Part shown: positions 17,324 to 30,375 of the stretch, in pieces
How positions within the stretch are numbered: position 1 is the first letter of the stretch
Layout: the number at the start of each line of letters is the position of its first letter
Origin: the human T2T-CHM13v2.0 reference genome, Homo sapiens
Assembly (NCBI RefSeq): GCF_009914755.1
Contig: NC_060934.1
Strand: one strand, 5' to 3'
Length of the DNA stretch: 64,000 nt
The notes under the pieces: generated by a model
What the model was told of the DNA's origin: nothing
The model's database searches: none
The model's input: the letters and a program-made list of their open reading frames with translations, nothing else
Translations under genes and position numbers: made by a program

Positions 17324-20300
17324 TTCCTTAAAGAGATGTGTCATCTCTTTATGAGCAGGTCTTTTTAATGCCTAAAAATGCTCAATGTTATTTCAACTCA
17401 GACATGTAGGGGAATGAGAAGAACAGATTTGTTCAGACCCCTCAATTTTTGCAGATGGCAATTAGCAATCAGATGCTTGATATAGCAAACATCCAGCACC
17501 ATGCTAGACCCATAGGAGGGGTTCATAAAACGCTTGTGGATTAAGTGAATAAAATATTCTCTCATTATAATGAGAGAATAAGTATTCATTATAAATGAGA
17601 GAATAAATTCCTTTAGACTCTGGGAGCACTCTAATCCAAACACAATATCCACATTTCCATTGTACAGGTTCCCGATGAAAGAAACAGGTGCTGTTTGGAC
17701 TTCAGCAAGAAGTTGATAATGTAGCATTCTGGCCTTTGATGTTGAATACAGGCAAAGTTGTGATTTTACTTTAAATTTCATAAATACTCAGCATCCATTT
17801 GGTGTCAGGCCCTATTGTAAGTACTCAACACAGAAATGAACAGGAGGAATGACATACACATGAAATTATATTTGTATGTGGTGATAATGAAGAAACAGAT
17901 AATAAAAGAGTAATTAAATAAACATAATAATTTTATAGTGATGAATGAGAACTGAAACCATTATAAGCACACAGCTTACTGTATATCCTAACATGATCCA
18001 ACTATTTGACTCAGCATTAACATGATTGCACAACTCCACAAAATGCTAGCCCTAAAATGATGAAGCTGCAAATAATGTTATTGTTTGTTTCAGGAAGTTC
18101 CTGGAAATGCATTTGTCTGACCAATAGACTCTTCACTAGTCCTCATCAGAGTAGCTGGCCCCTTCTCAGAACAACCCAAGGGGTTTGCATACCTGTCGAG
18201 GTGCTGTGTGAAAACCTCACTTCACTATATTCATCAGTCCCAAACTATTATATCACAACTTTGAACAATTCTAATTAGTCTCTACATTAAAAGACCCACC
18301 TAAACTAGTTCCTCAAAATCTTATCAATATTCCATCCTTGACCACCCCCTTCTAAGATGCTTCTAAGATTCCATCAAAGGAGCCGTATCTCTTACTGCAC
18401 TGGGGAATAAACTTGACCTTGTGCAATCAGCAGGTTATTTCAGTAGGCTGTGTGCGATTCAGCAGTCAACATGAATGGTCTAAAGTCAAAGATGCAGAAA
18501 CATTCAATCCACAGTGATGGAGGTGGGGCTGGTGGTGACAATACTTTCATGTGGATGAAACCTCTTAAAAATGGTTAACATTTGAGCTGAGACCTAAATG
18601 AAGAAAGGATCTGGTCTGGTCATATCCCGAGGACAAAAACTTACAGGTGTGAAAGTAACAAAAGGAAGATTGATAGTAAAGCAAAGGAGGTCAGAGAGGT
18701 AGGGGTGCATGGCAGATAGTGTAGTTCATTACAGGCCAATGTAAGGAATTTAAATTTTATGCTAAATATGATTTTTTACACTGGAGTATTTAAGCAAGAA
18801 AGTAACATCCCTTCATCTGTCCATCCAGTCAATGAATACTAATTGAGACCTTTCTCTTGCCTGGAATGTATGGGTATAAACTGCACTGCAGATTTAGCAT
18901 TCTGGAGGAAATATAGACACAAATAGCCCCATGCAGAAGACCAATCCCAGTACATTGCAGGAAGTGTGGGAAGAAAGAATGACCACTAAGCTACATAGTC
19001 AGAACTGGCCCTTCCTTGTCATGGTTCAGCTCCCGCATATCCAGGGTTCAATGTGAGCAAAGTGTGCCTGGTAGTGGTTCCCAGTCGCTGAGGTCCATAG
19101 GGCACTACAGCACACCCAGGTTGTAAACTCCCCAGGAGCAGCGATCTGTATTATTTTTATCTAAGGGCCTCAGGACCAAGCACAGGGCATGGCATAGAGT
19201 AGGTGCTCAATACATGTTGGAATGGATATTCTGCTTTTTAGGTATTTATGCTATACCCAGTTCCAGAAAGTTTTAAAGTTGTGTACAGAGCTCCATACAT
19301 TATTAAATAACAAAAATAAATGATGAAATGGATCAAGGGAATGGGAAGTTAGGGAAATAAGATAAAACCAGGGATAAAGTCAGTGGTTAAAAATCCTTAA
19401 TGAGCAGTTTTGAGTAGAGGTGAACTACAAAGTCTTCTAGCAGCCAGTGAAAAGAGAGCAAAGGCCAGTTGCTGTATTCACAGAAACAAAATTAGGAGCA
19501 ATAACAAGAAGCCAGCGCCTCAGGAAGAGCCTAGCTCTTTCTAATGTTGAATCAAAGACTTTTTTTATGGTCTTCATGAAGGGATTTTCTGTGAGACAGT
19601 AAATAACAACATCCTTAGAACAAATACAGTTGTGGGTTTCAAATGGACATTTCTTGAAAGACCCCCTGGGAGCATTACCCAGGCACATCTGAGCATAACT
19701 CCATCAAGGAGACTTGGCCAGGGAGGAGAGGGTAGAGCACACAATTCTGATCAACAGCTTGCTGGTGACTGTAATGTAGAATGGTAGAGAAACCTTGATG
19801 GGTGCTGGAGAGAGTGGAGGATTAAGCTGACTGACCCAGTGGTTACTGCACTTGCTGGAGGCAGGTGCATGTGTGCCTCTTACACACTTATGGCAGGGAG
19901 CAACTTGTAATGCGGGAAGTACCTTCTTCTTACAACCTGTATGGAGCATTCTTAGGCCCTCTTCCTAAAATTAGGGGGAGGGGCCTCCATAGAGGAGGGA
20001 TTTGTGGAGAAGGGAATCTTCATGAAGTGCTATAGTAAACACTTCATATATTAACTCTGTGAAGAAAGCATCTCCTGGCAGGCAAGCTTACAAAATGTGT
20101 GCAGTTAGTGGCGGGGTCGTCCAGGGCCTGTCTGCGGCTCCATCAGGGTGCCCCATTTCCTGGCTCTTACGGGGGCCATAAAAGCCAGCTCCTGACTGAT
20201 CGTTGACATACGAGGTGACAGGCAAGGAAATGGTTTCCTTTGGCCACATGTGTGTATCCTAATTTACAGCTCCTCTGGAATTAGCAAGGGCAGATGCTAT

Positions 20301-20451
20301 TGAACAATTATGGACTTCCAATGGCTTCTTCATAAAGGAGAACACTTGGTTTTGAAAAGAAAATCATGGTGAATTCAATACAAAAAAGTAACATCTTTTT
20401 ATCATTGTCGTTATTATTGAATATATGTAAGCACTCTTTAAATTAACTGGA

Positions 20452-20774
20452 TTTTCTTTTGTTTTTGTTTGTTTGTTTGTTTTTTAGACAGAGTCTTGCT
20501 GTCACCCAGGCTGGAGGGCTGGAGTGCAATAGCGTGATCTCGGCTCACTGCAACCTCTGCCTCTGGGGTTCCAGCAATTCTTCCTGCCTCAGCCTCCCAA
20601 GTAGCTGGGATTACAGGCACCCACCACCACACCCAGCTAATTTTTCTGTATTTTTAGTAGAGACGGGGTTCCACCACGTTGGCCAGTCTGGTCTCAAACT
20701 CCTGACCTCAGGTGATCCACCCACCTTGGCCTCCTAAACTGCAGGGATAAAGACATGAGCCATCGCACCCAGCC
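20452..20774 (-). mobile_element. AluSx
   Basis: Full antisense Alu with (TTTG)n tail. Confidence 0.92.
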
Positions 20775-23577
20775 AAGAGAGATTTATCTCTTGCCAAGCT
20801 CATTGTCTTGTTGGATCCTGACATCGCTCATAGATGGGAAAATGGAGGCCCAGTGAGGGTTAAGTGATGTCTCTTCAAGGCCACAAAAAGTTATTCCTAA
20901 ATCCTAGTTTCCTAACTCCTAGTCAATAGCTCTTTACATGACATGATGTTGATGAAGCGTCCAGCCCAGTGCCTGGCACTAGCAGCAGAAGCCCAGTGAT
21001 TATTCATTTACCCTGCTTCCAAACTTCCTCTTTTCTACTTTTCTACTAAAGAGATACTCATAGATTGAAGGATAAGGTGTAACTCCCCCCATCGGTCTAC
21101 CTGCTTTTCCCACTTTGTGGAGATACGTGCTTTTCTTTGAGTCCCAAGTGGAATGCTCTAAACATGTGTTCTTAATAAAATACAGAGACCAACTAAAATG
21201 TAGAAGGTTGTCAAGTCTCAGATCCATAAGGTCGGCAAAAGAATCCCCTCTTAGCCTTCTAACTCAGGCTTGTCACTGAGTCTGTGACCCCAGACCTGTC
21301 CCCATGTCTTTCTTTTCCACATGGCTTTACGGTTACCACGCGTTTTGGGAGTGCTCACATTTGAACAGAGGGATAGGGAGAAATATCAAACAGGATGGAG
21401 CTATGAGCTTCCACAAGAAGAGTAGAAACAGAGGATGGGAGTGTCCGTGCAGACCACAGGTTGTACATTCTGGTGAAGGAGATGAGGCAAGAAAGAAGTC
21501 CATAAATTCTCAGACAATAAGGTCTGGGAAATAAATTCTTTGGATGACAATAGGGAGGTGGTGAAATTTATGAGTATGATTACATAGTGCTGGATTTGTA
21601 CTGTTTAGACTGGAAAGTCAACAACAATACAGTGCTTGGGGTATTCTCCATATGATCATTTTCCTTCCATTAGGCATAGAATTTTAAAATTATTTCCAAA
21701 ATACATTCTGACTTTGTATTATGTACATATTTGTTTCAGTGCGGGGGAGGGGGAGCAGGGGAGGAAGGATGATGCCCAGTGCCCACCAATACTGATCCTA
21801 AAGAGATTATTCTCTAAGTAAATGCCTTCCGAAGGCCTACCTGATGAATGAAAAGATGCACCTTAGGATGGGTTGCCGGATGTTACAACGGACTATGGAA
21901 GAAATATTAATAGTCTTTTTTTTTTTAATGGCAGAGGAAGAACTATGAATGGCTTAAGTCAAACAGGAAGGGGAAATAAATGCAAATTGCTAGTATCCCA
22001 AGTATAGGAAAAGAAGCTAAGGTACTTCCAAAGGATTTCAACATCAAGGGTTGAAACAAAAGCTTTGCCTTCTGCTAACCAGAACACTAATTAACCAGAT
22101 CGGGCTTCTCCCTGACATTCATCTATTTGCAGACTCTGAATCCTTAGTCTCCTTTTATCCAGCAAGTTCCCCAACTATGATTACCTCCAATATATGAGCT
22201 CATTTCTCTGCACTTATTCCCAAATGGTTGACATCGATTTGCAACGTTAATGAAGTAAGTACCCAACTATCCTTGTTCATGAGCTATTAGCTCGGTATTG
22301 ATTGTAGCCTTAATTGACAATTACTTGAATGGGCCAGGCTATACTGAGCTTTTATTAATTTTCCATTGTGATGCTCATTACTAAATTTCTTTGCAATTGT
22401 GTAATAATGTAAACTCCCATTGTGGCTAATTGAAGTGGAAAATTCCACTGGTCATTTCCCAAACCTATTTATCTTGGAAAATAAAGAATTTCGTATTGTT
22501 AAATTTGATATCAGGATTCTAGGTTTTGATTCTGTGGGAAGTGAATCGTGACTTTGGCTCTGAAAATAAATAGAATTTGCTAATTATTTTTCTTTCACTG
22601 CTATTTCAGAGGACATGTGGTATCCAGAGACTTGATTCTTCCCTCCCCTCCTAGACAAACAGTAAACTCCATGTTACTGTTAATTTTTATTCATTCTTCT
22701 GCCTCCCTTAAATTTTTTAAAAAATAATTAGAGGTGGAGAAAGGACAGAGAGAAAAGGAGATTATGCAGTTTTAGGGATTTTCATTTTCTTCAGCTAAGC
22801 CCTATAAATCAATTTTTTTCCATTCTTTCCAACAAACAAAAAAACTCTTCTGCTTTTAAACCTCCCTCAAATAATACACAAAATGTAGGAGAAATACCAA
22901 GACCCTGTTGGAAATAAAAGTCAGAGCTTTGTCACAGAAGAGCAGTTAGGAAGAGGAAGGACTTGCTTACCAGTACAGCTCCCAGAGACACATTGAGAAA
23001 CCCCTGGCCTCTCACATCTAGACGTCAGAAATCAGAAACATCTCTGGCCCTCACCTCTTAGAGAGCTTCATGCTGACCACCCTTCATCACCCTAATTTGC
23101 CCTTTAGTGTCTCTGACCATGTTGGGATTGCCAACATGCACGTTAGGCTTAGTTACAGGCACACTCAGAAAAATGTAATGATAAGGCTCACGCCCTCTGC
23201 TCTGTGACTGAGATGAGCTGAGTTTGGGGCACATGATGGGAGAAAGTGATTTGGAAATATGACTTATGACTGAATAAGTCAGAGGAATGGATGTAATGTA
23301 ATATATAACTGATTAAAGTTGGAGTTCACTTTGTTGTGAGCTACAAAAATGGAGCCACTCCTATGGTCTTCTGAGAGAACCACAAGTGTAACAGAAAGAG
23401 AGTTCAAAAGTGAATCCATCAAGGAACTGCTTAATTCTTAGTTTTGCTGCTCTAGAAATATAATCAGTGAATGTCCACAAAATTTTTGTGAAAAAACATT
23501 GATTGGCACCCAACAACTTGAACTTTCGATTAATAAGACTAGTGACCTTTTTGTTTTGTTTTGTTGACCGTCACACA

Positions 23578-23767
23578 TGCCTTCTGAGCCTTATATTTGT
23601 CTTTTTTTTTCAGCTCCCCTTTACAATCAGTTTTTCCCACTTTATAAAATGCAGTAGATATGAAGATCGACTGCCCAGCCATCCCTCAACAAAGGACTTG
23701 CTGCCTGTAGTGGGGTAAATGATGACCCCAAAAAGATACATCCACCCTAAACCTCAGAATGTTACCT
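23578..23767 (+). repeat. Diverged direct copy of 25049-25240
   Basis: TGCCTTCTGAGCC...CAGCTCCCCTTT...TAGATATGAAGA...AGGACTTGCTGCCTGTAGTGGGG...AAACCTCAG.ATGTTACCT present at both loci. Confidence 0.9.
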
Positions 23768-24236
23768 GAACGTAGCAAGTTTTCTTATCAGTGAGATGTT
23801 TTCAGAACATCTTCTTCAGAGAGATGTTCTGAAAGAAAAAAATTAACCAAGATCAGTTGACTTTGAGTACAATCATCTCCATCTGTGTGAAAGGCAATGC
23901 AGTGGGTGGAAAATGCTCTTCCCTGGGAATCAAAATTCTCATGAGTTAATGTCTCTAAACCTTATGATAAAATGAGGGGTTTGGCCCATATGACCTTAGG
24001 GGCTTTTGTTCTCTAAAATGCTGTGATTTGGTCTTGAGACACTGAGCTGCATGAGAGTAGAATAGTGGAAATGGTACTGGCCTGAGAGTTCAGAGCATGG
24101 CTTTGCATTTTCATTCTCCTGGCCAGCTATGTGGCCTTGGACAGGTCACTTCCCCTTCCTGGGCCTTCCTTTCCTCCTCTGCACCAATGAGTGTGACTGA
24201 GGCAGCTAACATGTCAGCATGGTGAGTAATGGCTCT

Positions 24237-24634
24237 TGGGATGGTCACTTTTATGTGTCAACCTGGCTATGCTATGGTACTCAGTTACGTAATTAAACAG
24301 TAATCTAGGTGTTGCCGGGAAGGCTATTTCGCAGATGTGGTTGACATCTATCATAAGTTGGCTTCAAGTAAAGGAGATTACCCTCAAAATTGGCCAGGCC
24401 TCGTCCAATCAGTTGGAAGTTCCTAAGAACACAAACTGTGGTTTGCAGAAGAAAAAATTCTGCCTTGAGTCTGCAGCATTAACTCCTGCCAGAGTTTCTG
24501 ACTTGCCAGCCTGCCCTATGGATTTTGGACCTGCCAGCCCCCACAATTGTGTGAGCCAATTCCTTAAAATAAATCTCTTTATATAAATATATATCCTGTT
24601 GGTTCTGTTTCTCTAGAGAACCCTGACTGATACA
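24237..24634 (+). mobile_element. MLT2 (MLT2D-like) ERVL solo LTR
   Basis: TG.GATGGTCACTTTTATGTGTCAACCTGGC...GGTTCTGTTTCTCTAGAGAACCCTGACTGATACA; TSD GCTCT/GCCCT. Confidence 0.85.
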
Positions 24635-25129
24635 GCCCTCTAAATGAGATGGTAAATCTGTGGTCATCAAAGGAAGATGCCTTTCTTCTACTTGCTGTGG
24701 TAGGAATAGTTTTAGAAACATTGCAAAGTGCAGGTTACCTCAGGGGCCATATTCAGCCCACAGACTTTTTTTTTTTCCTTCTGCCTACATTGTTTGTTTT
24801 GAACTAGCTAATATTTAAAAACAAGGAGATATTACTTAAATTATGAATTTCTAATTCTCTTCAATAATTAGAGACCTAGCAACCTAAGATCTCTATTCCT
24901 GCAAGGAAATAATCAGCTTGAACTAAATCCTCAAACTGGGTTACTTGTCACCCTAGGGTACACAAAGGCTTTCCAAGGAGTATCAATTTCCAGACGCTCG
25001 TCTTCCATATGTTCTCATTTCTAAAGCTGATCTGCTTGGCAACCTGCTTGCCTTCTGAGCCTCACATTTGTCCTGTTTTTCTCTCAGCTCCCCTTTCCAA
25101 TCACTCTTTTCCTACCTGATAAAATATAG

Positions 25130-25935
25130 ATATGAAGACAGGCTGCCCAGCTATCCCTTCAGCACAGGACTTGCTGCCTGTAGTGGGGCTAACGGTGACC
25201 CCCAAAAGATACGTCTACCTGAAACCTCAGGATGTTACCTTACATTGGAGTAAGGGTCTTTGCAGATGTAATTAAGGTAAAGATCTTGAGATGAGATTGT
25301 CCTGGATTAGGGTGGGCCCTAAATCCAATGATAAGGATCCTTATAAAAGACTGAAAAGGAGAAAGCAGACAGGGAGACACAGAGGGGAAGGCCATGTACA
25401 GACAGAGACAGAGACTGGAGGAACGCATGTGCATGCCAAGGGAATCCAGGGATGGCCAGGTGCCACAGAAGCTGAGAGAGGCATGGGATGCTTCTCCCTC
25501 AGAACCTCCAGGAGGAACCAGCCCTATATACACCTTGATTTTGGACTTCTGGTCTCCAGAATTGTGAGAGAATAAATTTCTGTTACTCTTAGTTACAAGT
25601 TTGTGGTAATTGGCTATGGCGGCCCTAGGAATCCAATCCACTGTCCATCTGTGGAGAGTGCAGCCAGCAGACAGCCCCCCAGCAGACAGACCCAGCTCTT
25701 TCAGGGTTGGCCTCAGCTGCAGGGATCACACCCATCCTGGTGACCAAGCCTCTAGTGGTATAAAGACCTGTCTCCAAGACAACTCTAATGGGCAGCACTC
25801 ACTTCAGAGCTCCTAGCCAGGTTGGCCAAGGCTTCGCAGATTTCGTCTGTGCCCAGGCCTACTTCCTTTCACAGATACTGATCCCTGATAAACATCTTGC
25901 CCCATGTTCTGCTTCCTGAGATCCTAACCTGCCCT
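25130..25935 (+). mobile_element. LTR16A-like ERVL LTR, split by MLT1C
   Basis: GGACTTGCTGCC|...|CATCTGTGGAGAGTGCAGCCAGCAGACAGCCCCCAGC...TCTGCTTCCTGAGATCCTAACCTGC. Confidence 0.65.
25179..25640 (+). mobile_element. MLT1C-like (MLT1B/C) MaLR solo LTR
   Basis: TGTAGTGGGG...CCCCCAAAAGATA...GGGTCTTTGCAGATGTAATTAAG...GCCCTAGGAATCCAATCCA; TSD CTGCC/CTGTC. Confidence 0.88.
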
Positions 25936-26621
25936 GCAAAGGAAATGCACACCTTTTGCCCATCTCAAATCCGACTGTGGCACACTGCCTCAGGGTGTTA
26001 GAACTTTCTCCATGACAATGAGGCAATTCAAAATATTCATATGGAAGTAACAAAACAGTTCCTATTCACATTTACTTATTTTTGTCAACCAGGTTTCTCA
26101 GCCTTTATAGCTATAAATGCCAAAAATAGGAACAGACTTGATGCTGAACCCTATCTCATTCTAGCATTAAATAATAGCCATCCATGCATACATGAACTAA
26201 TTGGAACAAATAAAACCCCATGCATCTTATATAGCTATGCACTTTTAATAAATTTTTAATTTCATGTTTAATAATCATTCATAAAAATGTTTAAAGTATA
26301 TTTATATTGTTTTGATCAATTTTTCCAGATGATAAATTTCCTGAACACCTATGGCCTTATGGTAGCAGGAAATAAAATTTCAGTTTGTATTTTTATTTAT
26401 ATTATCAAGAAGCCTGATAGGGTGATGCATAAAACACTTGAAAACAAACTTACCATATTAGAATGAAATTTTGTGGGGTAATAGAATTTAAAATATGAAT
26501 TCAAGGAGAGAAAAGAAGTAAAATTTCTGTATGTCAAAAAGAACTTGTGTTTTTAATTTATAGTTGATGATATCAAATTGCTATGGGGTTTACATTTTAC
26601 TAGAGGGATGTAAACTTTTAT

Positions 26622-26925
26622 GTTTTTATTTATTTATGTATTTATTTTTTTTTGAGATGGAGTTTCGTTCTTGTCGCCCAGGCTGGAGTGCAATGGCACG
26701 ATCTCGTCTCACTGCAACCTCACCTCTGCCTCCTGGGTTCAAGCGATTCTTCTGCCTCAAACTCCCGAGTAGCTGGGATTACAGGCCCCTGCCATTATTT
26801 TTGTATTTTTAGTAGAAACAGGGTTTCACCACGTTGGCCAGGCTGAACTCCTGACCTCAGGTGATCCGCCCGCCTCCGCCCCCCAAAGTGCTGGGATTAC
26901 AGGCGTGAGCCACTGTGCCGGGCTT
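26622..26925 (-). mobile_element. AluS (Sq/Sp-like)
   Basis: Antisense Alu with GAGTTTCGTTCTTGTCGCCC and GCAATGGC. Confidence 0.9.
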
Positions 26926-27734
26926 AAACTTGTATTTTAAAATGTTGCCATTTACCATACACCTCTAATTACCATCTTAAAAATAACTATTAAACTTATT
27001 ATTAAAAAATTTAGATGTTAACTTAAAAATCTGATAAGGGTTACATAGTTTTGCAAAACATTTTTAGGAGGTTCATGAGCAAAAAGTTCGATGACCACTG
27101 ATTTGTGTTGCCTGCTGGCCCCTGAGGGCTTTAGCTAAACTACTAAATACCTCTGTGCTAAAGCACATGTTAACACTTTAGTGCAGTTCTTGGGAGCTTT
27201 AATTTTTTCAATCATTTAAGATTCATGGCTGAAATACAGAAATGGGGAAGATTTTTCTAATTCCCACCAAGGTTATCTGAAGGCAAGGGCCACAGGAGAA
27301 TGCTCTGAGGGGCAAGAGAAAGACACACTTACAAATTCCCCCAAAAGAATTTAAGAGAAGCTGCTCCTTCTGCACTCCCCCATGCCCTCCTGCCACTACC
27401 ACCGGCTTTCTCTCTTTCCCCTCTCCTGTAGGCTCTATTAGGGGTGGAGGAGAATGAGACATCAGAGGAGAATGTATTCACTTTGCATATTGACGTGCCT
27501 TCCAAAACAATAATTATAACCAAAATAATGACTGCCATTTATTGAATGCTTACTTTGTGCCAGGTTAAAAAAAAGAATTCTCTTAACAGCTGGCATCAGG
27601 ATTCTTCATAGGAAGGGAACTATGTTTGGGGAATCCCTTGAATAAGCCCTCTTAGGGACTGATTCTAACAATTATTCAGAAGATGAGTTAGAAAAGCAAG
27701 AAAATCCGGGGAAAAATTATGACAAATAACAGCC

Positions 27735-27945
27735 AATAACTTTATAAATGCCTGCTGTGTGGTAGGCACTGTTTTAAGCACTTTACATACAGAAATGCAT
27801 TAAATCCTCACAATCACATTATTATTATCCCCATCTCAAAGATGGGACAACTGAGGTACAGAATGACTAAGCAAATTGTCTCAGTTCAAGTAAGTGGTAA
27901 ACTGTCCCCTGGCCCCGGAGTCCAATGCTCTTATCTACTATGTAG
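27735..27945 (-). mobile_element. MIR
   Basis: AGGCACTGTTTTAAGCACTTTACATAC...ATCCTCACAA...GATGGGACAACTGAGGTACAGA. Confidence 0.85.
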
Positions 27946-28049
27946 TATCTAAGGTCTTAATAACAACTGTGCTGTGCTATGCTAGGATTTTTAAAAACCA
28001 AACAATAGTAATTAAACCAGTGTTATGCCTTTTCATCATACAGTAAGGA

Positions 28050-29510
<1,461 letters not shown>

Positions 29511-30004
29511 TACAGGGGGAGTTATCATGTCCCCAATATTCAAGAACCTAGAACGAGTACACATTTCCCCGCTGGGTCAATTCTGCATGTCAGTCTGGTA
29601 TTCAGACTCCACCATAACACAGGCCCACCTACTCGTTCAGTGCAACTTCCCCACACCAACCTGTCACCCCAAGCCTGTCAGGTCCCAAACAGCACACCTC
29701 CCACCCCCAGGCCTTTGCTCATGCTGTTTCATCTTCTCGAAGGACCCTCCCTCCTTGCTTTTCACGTCTCCCTACCTGCTTCAAGGCCCAGCCCAAGCTC
29801 CATCTCCACCAGGATGCCAGGTCCTTAGCACAGTCCCTGATATTAAGTAAGGACTCAATAAACGCAATATTTTGTTACTTTAATATTACTAACACTTACA
29901 CATTTACTCTCTCAGGTTGCTCCCTAATTCTTTGGGGTATGTTTTCTTTACAATTAGGTTGAAAGTTTCTTGAAGACAAGAAATACTTTGGGCTTTCCAT
30001 GTAA

Positions 30005-30375
<371 letters not shown>

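Larger units (their letters stand above)
24925..27100 (+). mobile_element. hAT-Charlie DNA transposon fossil with nested LTR16A-like LTR, MLT1C and Alu
   Basis: ORF 26041-26259 (TYFCQPGFSA...KNRNRLDAEP.LILAL...HP.I.ELI) resembles the hAT C-terminal dimerisation motif; ends GAGCAAAAAGTTCGATGACCACTG. Confidence 0.75.

Noticed and set aside
18000-19700. Possible LTR (about 18000-18470) and ancient LINE fragments (about 19240-19700)
   Set aside because: Repeat-like wording but I could not assign family or boundaries reliably
26041-26259. 72-aa ORF similar to the hAT dimerisation domain of domesticated Buster/ZBED-type proteins
   Set aside because: Short remnant inside a Charlie fossil interrupted by LTRs and an Alu; no upstream transposase frame
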